Below are positions 38,701 to 47,957 of a stretch of DNA of 64,000 nucleotides, piece by piece. Under the pieces are notes generated by a model. That model did not search any database. It had not been told where the DNA came from and saw nothing but the letters and a program-made list of their open reading frames with translations. Source of the stretch: Eubacteriales bacterium (GTDB taxonomy: Bacteria > Bacillota > Clostridia > Saccharofermentanales > UBA5734). The position numbers and the translations under genes are program-made. How positions within the stretch are numbered: position 1 is the stretch's first letter; the number at the start of each line of letters is the position of its first letter. The stretch covers positions 21,593 through 85,592 of the forward strand of contig JAQUEY010000001.1 of NCBI GenBank assembly GCA_028684955.1, read 5' to 3'.

Positions 38701-39347
38701 GGGCCGAGGCCAGTAAAACCATCACAACGCTGAAAGCCAGCATCAAAGCCCTCGGGTCTGTCAACCTGGCTGCCATTGACGAATACCAGTCGGTTCATGA
38801 GCGCTTCGAATTCATGGTCCAGCAACGCGACGACATCGAAAGTTCACGCCAGAAACTGCAAAGTGTGATTGCTGAACTGACCGAAGCCATGCGCCAGCAG
38901 TTTGCCCAGCATTTCCAGCTGATCAACGAGAACTTCAAAGTCGTTTTTTCCGAACTGTTCGGCGGTGGCATGGCAGAAGTCCAACTGGAAAACCCGGACG
39001 ATGTCCTTTCGAGCGGGATCGAGATCAAGGCACAGCCACCGGGCAAGAAACTGCAGAGCCTGCTGTTGCTTTCTGGCGGCGAGCGCTGCCTGACTGCCAT
39101 TGCATTGCTGTTTGCCATCCTGAAACTTCGTCCCACACCCTTTTGCGTGCTGGACGAAGTGGAAGCTGCCTTGGATGATGCCAATGTCGTCCGCTTTTCC
39201 GAATATATCCGGCGTTATGCCGAAGAATCACAGTTCATCCTGGTCACCCATCGCAAAGGGACCATGGAATCAGCAGATCGGCTCTATGGTGTGACCATGC
39301 AGGAGCGCGGCATCTCTCGGATCTTGTCGATGCAATTGTCCGGCTGA
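35784..39347 (+). CDS. smc: chromosome segregation protein SMC
   Basis: [39 protein letters not shown], long coiled coils, a hinge, and C-terminal [19 protein letters not shown]...[12 protein letters not shown]. Confidence 0.95.
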   Translation: [1187 protein letters not shown]

Positions 39348-39422
39348 GCTCAGACGCGTCTGCTGGTCAGGGCCAGACCGGTCGATCCGGATCTGTAATG
39401 GCCTGGGAAAGGAAAGATTACC

Positions 39423-40343
39423 ATGGGAATTTTTGATACATTTCGCAAAGGTCTGCAAAAAACACGGGATTTTGTAGCCGATGGCATCAACCGGATCGCA
39501 GCCAACATGGGCTTTTTTGACGAAGACATGCTCGATGACCTCGAGATGCTGCTGGTCCAGGCCGATGTCGGGGCAGCTTGTTCGATCCATCTGATGTCCA
39601 AAGTCCGCCAGGAAATCAAAGCGACTGGAGATGCCTCGCGCAAAAATGTCATCTCGACGTTGCACCGGGAAATGCTGGACGTGCTCGGACAGGCCAAACC
39701 GCTGGCATTTGAGAAAGGCCAGTTGAACATCCTCCTGATGGTTGGTGTCAATGGCACGGGCAAGACAACGACCGCTGGCAAGATCTGCGCCCGTTACCGA
39801 AAGCAGGGGTTCAGGATCCTGCTCGGGGCGGCAGATACGTTCCGGGCTGCAGCCATCGAACAGCTGACTCATTGGGGGGATCGGACCGATACACCCGTCA
39901 TTGCTCACCAGGAAGGATCGGATCCGGCCGCTGTGGTCTTTGATGCCATCGCCGCCGCCAAGTCGCGGGGCGTGGATCTCTTGATTCTTGACACAGCCGG
40001 ACGGCTGCATAACAAAGCCAACTTGATGAACGAACTGGGCAAGATCCGCCGCATCATCCAGCGCGAAGCCGCTGCGGCCAAGGTGGAGACTTTGCTCGTG
40101 ATCGATGCGACGACCGGACAGAACGCTGTCACCCAGGCCAAGGTTTTCACCGAAGTGGCAGAAGTCACCAGCCTGGCCATCACCAAACTCGACGGCAATG
40201 CCAAAGGTGGGGTTGCCTTGGCTGTTGCACACGAAACACATACGCCGATTGCTCTGGCCGGACTGGGAGAAAAACTGGACGACCTGATGGACTTTGACCC
40301 CCAGGCCTTCGTCGAATCGTTGCTTCCCATACATCAGGCTTGA
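39423..40343 (+). CDS. ftsY: signal recognition particle receptor FtsY
   Basis: LMVGVNGTGKTTTAGK...AADTFRAAAIEQL...DTAGRL...TKLDGNAKGG. Confidence 0.93.
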   Translation: MGIFDTFRKGLQKTRDFVADGINRIAANMGFFDEDMLDDLEMLLVQADVGAACSIHLMSKVRQEIKATGDASRKNVISTLHREMLDVLGQAKPLAFEKGQLNILLMVGVNGTGKTTTAGKICARYRKQGFRILLGAADTFRAAAIEQLTHWGDRTDTPVIAHQEGSDPAAVVFDAIAAAKSRGVDLLILDTAGRLHNKANLMNELGKIRRIIQREAAAAKVETLLVIDATTGQNAVTQAKVFTEVAEVTSLAITKLDGNAKGGVALAVAHETHTPIALAGLGEKLDDLMDFDPQAFVESLLPIHQA

Positions 40344-40368
40344 TTCCAGTTTGCAATCATCCAACAAT

Positions 40369-40388
40369 GTCAAGTAAATATACTTGAC
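40369..40388. promoter_or_regulatory. perfect 8-bp inverted repeat overlapping a TTGACA box upstream of ylxM-ffh
   Basis: GTCAAGTA-AATA-TACTTGAC. TTGACA lies at 40384-40389. Confidence 0.4.
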
Positions 40389-40419
40389 ACAACAAGACGA
40401 TTCGGCTATCCTGAACAGG

Positions 40420-40767
40420 ATGAAACGCATTCAGACAGATATCCAGGATTACCGGACTGTTGTCCTGTGGCTCGATTTCTACAGCCAGCTGCTCACGGAT
40501 CGCACCCGTGAGGTCCTTGAGCTGCACTACAACGAGGACATGACGGTTTCTGAGATTGCAGAGCATCTTGCGATTACGCGTCAGGGTGTGCATGACAAGA
40601 TCCGCCAGGGCGTCAGCCAGTTGTCTGATTACGAAGCCAAACTCGGCCTGGTCCAGCGTTTTCTCACCCAGAAAGAACAGATTGCCCAGGTGATGGCAGA
40701 CCTTGACCAGGGACTGGCTGAAAAGGCCAGGACCACCCTGTCCCGGTTGTACCAGTCACTCGGTTAA
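40420..40767 (+). CDS. ylxM: YlxM-family (UPF0122) putative DNA-binding protein
   Basis: LDFYSQLLTDRTREVLELHYNEDMTVSEIAEHLAITRQGVHDKI (sigma region-4-like HTH). Conserved position between ftsY and ffh. Confidence 0.8.
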   Translation: MKRIQTDIQDYRTVVLWLDFYSQLLTDRTREVLELHYNEDMTVSEIAEHLAITRQGVHDKIRQGVSQLSDYEAKLGLVQRFLTQKEQIAQVMADLDQGLAEKARTTLSRLYQSLG

Positions 40768-40777
40768 CGGAGGCATC

Positions 40778-42133
40778 ATGGCACTTTTCGAAGGCCTGTC
40801 GGCAAAGCTGCAGGACATCACGGCAAAAATGCGCGGCAAATCCCGCGTCACCGAGCAGGATATCAAGGAGATGATGCGCGAGATCCGTCTGGCCCTTCTG
40901 GAGGCCGACGTCAATTTCACGGTCGTCAAAGAGCTGGTTGCCGAGATTTCCGAGAAGAGCAAGGGCGTCGAGGTCATGGAGAGTCTGACGCCGGGCCAGC
41001 AGGTGGTCAAGATCGTCCACGAATCGCTCGTTGACATCCTGGGCCAGACCAACAGCAAACTGCTGGTTTCTCCCTCTGGTTTCACCGTCATCATGCTCTA
41101 TGGTCTCCAGGGCGCTGGCAAGACGACCACCGCCGCCAAAATGGCCCTGATGCTCAAGAAAAAGGGCAAGAAACCGATGTTGACATCCGTCGACGTCCAT
41201 CGTCCGGCTGCTGCCCGCCAGCTCGAAATCCTGGCCAATTCCGTCGACATCCCCTGCTACATCCAGCCTGAGGAAAAAGACGCGGTCAAGATCGCCCGCC
41301 AGGCTGTCGACCGGGCCAGATACTTGCTCTGTGACACCCTGATCGTTGACACCGCTGGCCGGATGACCATCGACACCGAGATGATGGCAGAACTCAAAGC
41401 CATCGGCAAGGTCGTCAATCCCACCGAAAAACTCCTGATTGTCGATGCCATGATCGGCCAGGAAGCCGTCAACGTCGCGCTCGGATTTGATAAGGAAATC
41501 GGGCTGGATGGTTTCATCATGACCAAGCTCGATGGCGATGCCCGGGGTGGCGCAGCGTTGTCGATCCGCAAGATCACCGGCAAACCGATCAAACTGATCT
41601 GTGTCGGTGAGAAAATCGACGCCATCGAGGAGTATTACCCCGACCGCATGGCTTCCCGCATCCTCGGCATGGGCGATGTCCTGTCCCTGATTGAAAAGGC
41701 GACGGCCAACCTCGATGAGAAAAAAGCCGCGGAAGCGTTCGACAAGCTGAAGAAGAACCAGTTCACGCTCGAAGACATGCTGTCACAATTCGAGGAAGTC
41801 AAGAAAATGGGCTCGATCAAGGATGTTTTGTCGATGTTGCCAGGCATGGGTAACAAAGCCATTCCTGATGAGCACATTGATGAAAAAGCCATCGACCGCA
41901 GTGCGGCGATCATCCGCTCAATGACCAAAAAGGAACGGCACAACCCGGGGATCCTCAATGCCAGCCGCAGAAAGCGCATCGCAGCCGGATCCGGTACAAC
42001 CGTCCAGGAGGTCAACCGGCTGATCAAGCAATTCGAAGAGACCCAGAAAATGATGAAACAGTTCTCCGGCATGATGAAAGGCAAGGGCAGGATGCCCAAT
42101 CTAGGTTTTGGCAAACGCGGTTTTCCCTTCTGA
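40778..42133 (+). CDS. ffh: signal recognition particle protein Ffh
   Basis: [14 protein letters not shown]...[15 protein letters not shown]...DTAGR...[14 protein letters not shown], with a Met-rich C-terminal M domain. Confidence 0.95.
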   Translation: MALFEGLSAKLQDITAKMRGKSRVTEQDIKEMMREIRLALLEADVNFTVVKELVAEISEKSKGVEVMESLTPGQQVVKIVHESLVDILGQTNSKLLVSPSGFTVIMLYGLQGAGKTTTAAKMALMLKKKGKKPMLTSVDVHRPAAARQLEILANSVDIPCYIQPEEKDAVKIARQAVDRARYLLCDTLIVDTAGRMTIDTEMMAELKAIGKVVNPTEKLLIVDAMIGQEAVNVALGFDKEIGLDGFIMTKLDGDARGGAALSIRKITGKPIKLICVGEKIDAIEEYYPDRMASRILGMGDVLSLIEKATANLDEKKAAEAFDKLKKNQFTLEDMLSQFEEVKKMGSIKDVLSMLPGMGNKAIPDEHIDEKAIDRSAAIIRSMTKKERHNPGILNASRRKRIAAGSGTTVQEVNRLIKQFEETQKMMKQFSGMMKGKGRMPNLGFGKRGFPF

Positions 42134-42222
42134 AGCACTGCCAGCAGGCAGTGGCAAAGGCGAAACTGATATGCACATATAGGAAATCCACACAGGATGA
42201 ATCAATTTGGAGGTACCAGACA

Positions 42223-42468
42223 ATGGCAGTTAAAATCAGACTGAAGCGCATGGGCGCTAAGAAAGCACCGTTCTATCGCGTCGTGGTGGCAGATTCCCGC
42301 TATCCCCGTGATGGCCGCTTCATCGAAGAAATCGGCACCTACAATCCTCTGACCGATCCGGCTGATGTCAAAATCGACGCCGAAGCCGCCAAGAAATGGA
42401 TTGCCAACGGCGCCCAGCCCACGGACACCGTCCGCGCTCTCTTGAAGAAGAACGGCATCATCGGCTAA
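42223..42468 (+). CDS. rpsP: 30S ribosomal protein S16
   Basis: [42 protein letters not shown]. Confidence 0.95.
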   Translation: MAVKIRLKRMGAKKAPFYRVVVADSRYPRDGRFIEEIGTYNPLTDPADVKIDAEAAKKWIANGAQPTDTVRALLKKNGIIG

Positions 42469-42489
42469 GAAGATTATGGAGGTCAGGCT

Positions 42490-42717
42490 ATGAAAGAACT
42501 GCTCAGCACGATCGTGCGACCTTTGGTCAGCGATCCTGACGCTGTCAGCATCAAGCAGGTCGACCGTGGCCACACCATCGTGCTGGAATTGCACGTGGCC
42601 CCGACCGACATGGGCAAGATCATCGGCAAGCAAGGCCGCCGGGCCCAGGCCATCCGGGCGATTGTCAAGGCCCGGGCTGCCCGCCTGGGCAAGCGTGTGA
42701 TCGTCGACATCATCTGA
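42490..42717 (+). CDS. KH-domain RNA-binding protein (YlqC/UPF0109)
   Basis: 75 aa, with ...VAPTDMGKIIGKQGRRAQAIRAIVKA (GXXG KH motif). Conserved position between rpsP and rimM. Confidence 0.85.
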   Translation: MKELLSTIVRPLVSDPDAVSIKQVDRGHTIVLELHVAPTDMGKIIGKQGRRAQAIRAIVKARAARLGKRVIVDII

Positions 42718-43268
42718 TGATGAGCCAGACGACATCCCTGCGTGACATCCTTCATATCGGCCGGATCATTGGGGCCCACGGTCTCTCAGGGGAGCTGAAA
42801 ATCCTCCCCCTGACCAACGACCCGAAACGATTCCTGACCCTGGATGATTGCCTGATTACATCAGATGATGAAAAGGAGCGGGTGCCTGCACATGCACAAG
42901 GCGCCCGCTTTTCGGGCGACCAGGTGCTCCTGAAACTCCAGGGCATCTCGGACCGGACTGCTGCAGAACAGCTCAAGGGCCGCCTTCTGAGTGTCACCCG
43001 TGAACATGCGGTGGCTTTGCCGCCAGACACCTGGTTCATCTGTGATCTTCTGGGGTGCGAGGTTCATGACCAAGACCACGGCTATCTGGGACAACTCAAA
43101 GATGTCCAGACCGGACCGGCCCAGGATGTCTACGTCGTAGCCAAAGCCAAAGAAAAAGATCTGCTTTTCCCGGCCCGAAAAACAATCCTCAAACACGTCG
43201 ACCTGGAGCTGAGGCGGATCGATGTCGAATTGCCCGCTGGATTGTATGAGATCTACCGGGAATCGTAA
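42717..43268 (+). CDS. rimM: 16S rRNA processing protein RimM
   Basis: IGRIIGAHGLSGELKILPLTNDP.RF, plus a PRC-barrel C-terminus. Lies between the KH protein and trmD. Confidence 0.88.
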   Translation: MMSQTTSLRDILHIGRIIGAHGLSGELKILPLTNDPKRFLTLDDCLITSDDEKERVPAHAQGARFSGDQVLLKLQGISDRTAAEQLKGRLLSVTREHAVALPPDTWFICDLLGCEVHDQDHGYLGQLKDVQTGPAQDVYVVAKAKEKDLLFPARKTILKHVDLELRRIDVELPAGLYEIYRES

Positions 43269-43279
43269 GTGAGGCACTC

Positions 43280-44059
43280 ATGGCCATGCGCTTCTCAGTC
43301 CTGACGCTTTTCCCCGAACTGGTTGAAACGGTCGCCCGCACCAGCATCACCGGACGGGCGCTCAAGAATGGCCGGATCGAACTGGAAACCATCCAGATCC
43401 GGGATTTTGCCGTCAATGCGTATGGTCAGGTTGATGATACCCTGTATGGGGGCGGAACAGGCATGCTGTTACGTCCGGAACCGGTCTACCAAGCCTGGCT
43501 TGCGGCCACCGGTCAGTCTGACCGCACCGAGGTGATGCATCATCCGGAAAAGACCCGGACCATCTTTTTGTCTCCCAAAGGCCGCGTGCTCAACCAGTCC
43601 ATCGTCGAAGAACTTGCTGACTGCCCCCATGTGATCCTGATCTGTGGTCACTATGAAGGCGTCGACCAGCGCGTTCTGGACACGATCGTCGATGAGGATC
43701 TGTCGATTGGTGATTATGTCCTCACAGGGGGTGAAATCGCTGCCGCAGTGCTGATCGATGCTGTATCCCGGCTGGTCCCCGGCGTTTTGCCCGACCAGTC
43801 TGCCCATGAGCAAGAATCCCACAGCCTGGGCCGGCTCGAGCATCCCCAATACACCCGTCCGGCAGCCTGGATGGGCCGCACTGTCCCGGAGATCTTGCTG
43901 TCGGGCCACCAGGCCCGGATTGACCAGTTCCAATATCTGGCCAGTCTGCAGGATACCATGGTCAAAAGGCCTGATTTATTCAACCAGCTGCACCTGTCGG
44001 CTGAAGATTATCGCAAACTCATCGAATTCACTTGCCAGGATCCAAATCCACTGGTATAA
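43280..44059 (+). CDS. trmD: tRNA (guanine37-N1)-methyltransferase
   Basis: FSVLTLFPEL...GRALKNG...DFAVN.YGQVDDTLYGGGTGMLLRPEPV...ICGHYEGVDQRV...SIGDYVLTGGE. Confidence 0.94.
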   Translation: MAMRFSVLTLFPELVETVARTSITGRALKNGRIELETIQIRDFAVNAYGQVDDTLYGGGTGMLLRPEPVYQAWLAATGQSDRTEVMHHPEKTRTIFLSPKGRVLNQSIVEELADCPHVILICGHYEGVDQRVLDTIVDEDLSIGDYVLTGGEIAAAVLIDAVSRLVPGVLPDQSAHEQESHSLGRLEHPQYTRPAAWMGRTVPEILLSGHQARIDQFQYLASLQDTMVKRPDLFNQLHLSAEDYRKLIEFTCQDPNPLV

Positions 44060-44135
44060 TTTGCAAGGTTATCACGGATGGTCCGCTGCTCAATTGCGTG
44101 CATGAACGTCCTGAAAAAGAGAGGAGGAACGCAAT

Positions 44136-44486
44136 ATGAATCTGGTTTCAGTAATTGAAAACGAACAGCTCCGTTCGGATCTGCCCAAGGTCGAGATTGG
44201 TGATTACGTCAAAGTACACCTGAAGATCAAGGAAGGCAACCGCGAACGTGTCCAGGTCTTCGAAGGCACCATCATTGCCAAGAAGGGCGCTGGCCTGACC
44301 GAGACCATGACGGTTCGCCGTCTGTCCTATGGCGTCGGTGTCGAACGCATCCTGCCCGTGCACTCGCCCAAGATCGACAAGATCGAGATCGTGCGCAAGG
44401 GTAAAATCAGACGGGCCAAGCTTTACTACCTGCGCGATCGCGTCGGCAAAGCAGCCAAAGTCAAGGAAAAACTGGTCAGCAAGTAA
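44136..44486 (+). CDS. rplS: 50S ribosomal protein L19
   Basis: [62 protein letters not shown]. Confidence 0.95.
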   Translation: MNLVSVIENEQLRSDLPKVEIGDYVKVHLKIKEGNRERVQVFEGTIIAKKGAGLTETMTVRRLSYGVGVERILPVHSPKIDKIEIVRKGKIRRAKLYYLRDRVGKAAKVKEKLVSK

Positions 44487-44505
44487 TCTACACTCACTTG
44501 ATCTG

Positions 44506-44538
44506 GAAAGAGGCCTGTTGCAGGTCTCTTTTCTTTTT
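44506..44538 (+). terminator. intrinsic terminator after rplS
   Basis: AGAGGCCTG pairs with CAGGTCTCT (one G-U pair) around a 3-nt loop, then TTTTCTTTTT. Confidence 0.55.
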
Positions 44539-44602
44539 CATATCCTGTCTATAGGGTGGGTCTTGACCTCAAGATCCCTCATGGCCTCCTGGGAGGAGTA
44601 TC

Positions 44603-45454
44603 ATGGACGTCAACTGGTTTCCCGGCCACATGGCCAAGACTCTGCGCGAAATGCGCGACCACATCAAGCAGGTCGATCTGGTTGTCGAAACCTGTGATGC
44701 CAGAATCCCTGAAAGCAGCCGCAATCCTGAGCTGGACCGCCTTCTGGGCACCAAGCCACGGATCCTGGTCCTGAACAAGGCCGATCTGGCTGACCCTGTC
44801 CAGACCAGCCGCTGGCTCGACTATTACCAGAAGGCCCAGATTCCGGTCCTGGCTTGCGAAGGTAATCGCCGCACATCGCTGGAACCTTTGCGCAAGCTGA
44901 TCATCGCCATGAACCAGCACAAAATCGACGCAGCCAAGGCCAAGGGCCGCCTGATCCGGCCGATCCGGGTCATGGTGGTCGGCATCCCGAATACGGGCAA
45001 ATCGACCATCATCAACGCGCTGTGTGGGAAAAAGATTGCCGCCACTGCTGATCGGCCGGGTGTGACTCGTCATGCCAACTGGTCGAAGTCTGGCTCTGAG
45101 CTGGAGCTTCTGGATACGCCAGGTGTCCTCTGGCCCAAATTGGGCAGTCCTTCCAGCCAGCGGCGCCTGGCAGCCAGCGGTGCCATCAAGGATGACGTCC
45201 TGCCGATCGAAGAGATCGCCATGGAAGTCCTTTTTGACCTGAGCCAGGATTATCCCCAAAAGATCCAGGATCGTTACAAACTGGAGCAGCTGAATGAAGA
45301 ACCCCTCCAGTTGATGGAAGCCGCCTGTCGCCGCCGCGGCTGCCTGCTGCCGGGCAACAAACCAGACTACACCCGTTTTGCGGTTCTTTTCCTGGACGAA
45401 TTGCGGGCTGGCAAAATTGGCCGGATCACCCTTGAACGGCCTGTCCAGTCCTGA
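44603..45454 (+). CDS. rbgA: ribosome biogenesis GTPase A (YlqF/RbgA)
   Basis: WFPGHMAKTLREM......DLVVE..DARIP.SS.NP...LNKADL...GIPNTGKST.IN...DTPG is the circularly permuted GTPase order. Confidence 0.9.
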   Translation: MDVNWFPGHMAKTLREMRDHIKQVDLVVETCDARIPESSRNPELDRLLGTKPRILVLNKADLADPVQTSRWLDYYQKAQIPVLACEGNRRTSLEPLRKLIIAMNQHKIDAAKAKGRLIRPIRVMVVGIPNTGKSTIINALCGKKIAATADRPGVTRHANWSKSGSELELLDTPGVLWPKLGSPSSQRRLAASGAIKDDVLPIEEIAMEVLFDLSQDYPQKIQDRYKLEQLNEEPLQLMEAACRRRGCLLPGNKPDYTRFAVLFLDELRAGKIGRITLERPVQS

Positions 45455-45478
45455 ACACGAAAGAGGGGACGCAAGACC

Positions 45479-46117
45479 ATGCGAATGAGCGAACAGGAAC
45501 GCTACGTCCTTTTAGACCAGTATGAACAACAGGCACGTGCTACGGGCTATCGGGTGATTGCCGGCGTGGATGAGGCTGGCCGTGGCCCTCTGGCCGGTCC
45601 GGTGGCTGCTGCTGCCGTCATCCTCGATCCAGTCCGGCCCATCCTGGGCCTGAACGATTCGAAAAAGCTCAGCGAAGCCAAGCGCGAGCGGCTGTTTGAC
45701 CAGATCCAGGAACAGGCGCTGGCCTATGCCGTGATCCTGGTTGATGCTGGCGAGATCGACCGGATCAATATCCTGCAAGCAACCAAGCAAGCGATGAGGC
45801 AGGCCATTGCCAGCCTGGCGATCCAACCCGACTTGCTTCTGATCGATGCGGTCGCTCTGGACCAGGTCCCGGGCGATGTCTGGCCTATCGTCAAAGGGGA
45901 TGCCAAGTCCAATTCGATCGCTGCCGCCTCAATCCTGGCCAAGGTGACCCGGGACCGCCTGATGCAAGCTTACGACAGTCAATACCCTGACTATGGCTTT
46001 GCCCGGCACAAAGGCTATGGCACCGCCTTGCATTATGCAGCCATCCATCAGCATGGCCTGACCCCGATCCATCGCACAAGCTTTCTTACGAACCTGTCTG
46101 AGCATGTTGCCCCCTGA
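45479..46117 (+). CDS. rnhB: ribonuclease HII
   Basis: IAGVDEAGRGPLAGPV...DSKKLS...ASILAKV.RD......YP.YGF..HKGYGT..H. Confidence 0.92.
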   Translation: MRMSEQERYVLLDQYEQQARATGYRVIAGVDEAGRGPLAGPVAAAAVILDPVRPILGLNDSKKLSEAKRERLFDQIQEQALAYAVILVDAGEIDRINILQATKQAMRQAIASLAIQPDLLLIDAVALDQVPGDVWPIVKGDAKSNSIAAASILAKVTRDRLMQAYDSQYPDYGFARHKGYGTALHYAAIHQHGLTPIHRTSFLTNLSEHVAP

Positions 46118-46520
46118 TTTTGACATGGACCCTGCTCCAGATAACAAGACGCATCCCACACGTGGCCTCGCAAAAACCAGGGGAGATGCAGGAGAACGTG
46201 CAGTCGCCTTGCATTTGCAAGCGCATGGATTCAAGTTGCTTGCACACCAATACTTGGTCCCGCGCCTGGGCGAAATTGATCTGGTGATGAAAAAGGATGA
46301 CTGCCTCTATTTCATTGAAGTCAAGTCCCGGTCCGGACCAGCGTCCCATGGCAGCGGGCTGGAACAGATCACGTCAGCTAAAATCAGAAAGATTCGCAAG
46401 GCTGCTCTGGTTTTCTGCCAAAACACAGGAAATATGAATACTGAGACAAGAATTCTTGCAGCAGAAGTTCATCTGAAAAATGGCGAACCGAGTGGCGATA
46501 TCCAGATTGTGCCGATCTAA
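46104..46520 (+). CDS. yraN: YraN-family (UPF0102) endonuclease-like protein
   Basis: GDAGERAVALHLQAHGFKLLAHQYLVPRLGEIDLVMKKDDCLYFIEVKSR. Alternative start at ATG 46125. Confidence 0.8.
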   Translation: MLPPDFDMDPAPDNKTHPTRGLAKTRGDAGERAVALHLQAHGFKLLAHQYLVPRLGEIDLVMKKDDCLYFIEVKSRSGPASHGSGLEQITSAKIRKIRKAALVFCQNTGNMNTETRILAAEVHLKNGEPSGDIQIVPI

Positions 46521-46557
46521 TCGGGCTAAAACAAGCAATTATCGTCAATTGTACGAC

Positions 46558-46586
46558 TTGTTCACGTCGTCAGGATCCCTTATAAT
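46558..46586 (+). promoter_or_regulatory. candidate sigma-A promoter for the aminotransferase gene
   Basis: TTGTTC (46558-46563), 17-nt spacer, TATAAT (46581-46586). Confidence 0.45.
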
Positions 46587-46625
46587 GAAGCGGCAATCGC
46601 GTCCGTAGTGCAAGGAGGATACAAC

Positions 46626-47906
46626 ATGCTTTCATATTCTGCGATGAACCGTCAGCAACTCGAAAACGAGCTGAACGTGCAGGAAAACCGTTACCAGGCT
46701 TTTGCCGATCTCAAACTCAAGCTCAATATGACGCGTGGTAAACCGTGTTCCGAGCAGCTCGACTTGGCCAACGGCCTGCAGACTGCCCTGACTGAAAAGG
46801 ATTTCAAGGCACAGGATGGCACAGACTGCAGAAATTACGGCGGACTGGAAGGCATTCCTGAAGCTCGTCAGCTGTTTGCAGATTTGCTGGGCGTTGCGTC
46901 CAGCCAGATCCTGGTCTTGGGCAATTCCAGCCTCAATTTGATGTATGACACCATGGCTCGGGCCATGCTGTTTGCCCTGCCAGGAGCCGAGCGCCCCTGG
47001 AGCAAAGAAGAGACCATCAAATTCCTCTGCCCCGTGCCTGGCTATGACCGCCACTTTGCCGTGACCCAGTCATTGGGCATCGAAATGATTCCCGTGCCGA
47101 TGACCACCGAGGGTCCGGACATGGATCTGGTCGAGTCCCTGGTTGCTTCTGACCCCTCGATCAAAGGCATGTGGTCTGTCCCCGTCTACAGCAATCCGGA
47201 CGGTTACACCTATTCCGAAACAACTTGCCGCCGTCTCGCCGAGATGAAAACCGCCGCACCGGATTTCCGCATCTGGTGGGACAACGCTTATGTGGTGCAC
47301 CACTTGTTTGCCGACGACCGTGACAGCGTGCCGGATATCCTCGATTTGTGTGACACCGCCGGCCATCCTGACCGGGTGTTTGAATTCGCCTCGACTTCGA
47401 AAATCACCTATGCGGGCGCAGGGTTGGCCTGTCTGGCCACCAGCCCGGCCAACCTCGCCTGGTACAAGAAGCAGCTGACCATCCAGACCATCGGTCCGGA
47501 CAAAATGAACCAGCTGCGCCACATCCGCTACATTGCTGCGGCCGGCGGCATTGAGGCCATCATGAACCGGCACGCAGAAATCCTGCGGCCCAAATTCGAA
47601 CTGGTCTTGGAGCGCCTCGACGAAGAGCTGGCCTCTACCGGCCTGTGCACCTGGAAACGTCCGAAGGGTGGCTATTTTGTCAGTGTCAACGTCCCCACCG
47701 GAACGGCTTCCGAGGTGGTGCGCCTGGCCAAGGAATGCGGCGTCGAATTGACTCCGGCCGGTGCCACATACCCCTATGGCAAGGATCCCCTGGACAGCAA
47801 CATTCGCCTGGCACCCTCTTTCCCGCCGATGTCCGAATTGCGCCCGGCGATGGAAATTTTCTGCACCTGTGTTAAACTGGCAGCAATCCGCCAGTTACTG
47901 GCCTGA
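46626..47906 (+). CDS. PLP-dependent aminotransferase (class I/II fold), specificity unknown
   Basis: 426 aa. LNMTRGKPCSEQLDL...NYGGLEGIPEAR..., and FASTSKITYAGAGLA as a candidate PLP-lysine region. ATG follows AAGGAGG. Confidence 0.6.
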   Translation: MLSYSAMNRQQLENELNVQENRYQAFADLKLKLNMTRGKPCSEQLDLANGLQTALTEKDFKAQDGTDCRNYGGLEGIPEARQLFADLLGVASSQILVLGNSSLNLMYDTMARAMLFALPGAERPWSKEETIKFLCPVPGYDRHFAVTQSLGIEMIPVPMTTEGPDMDLVESLVASDPSIKGMWSVPVYSNPDGYTYSETTCRRLAEMKTAAPDFRIWWDNAYVVHHLFADDRDSVPDILDLCDTAGHPDRVFEFASTSKITYAGAGLACLATSPANLAWYKKQLTIQTIGPDKMNQLRHIRYIAAAGGIEAIMNRHAEILRPKFELVLERLDEELASTGLCTWKRPKGGYFVSVNVPTGTASEVVRLAKECGVELTPAGATYPYGKDPLDSNIRLAPSFPPMSELRPAMEIFCTCVKLAAIRQLLA

Positions 47907-47957
47907 GATTGAACACAAAGGGCCTCGTCCCGGGAATGCATGCAAGGAGTTAGAGAC

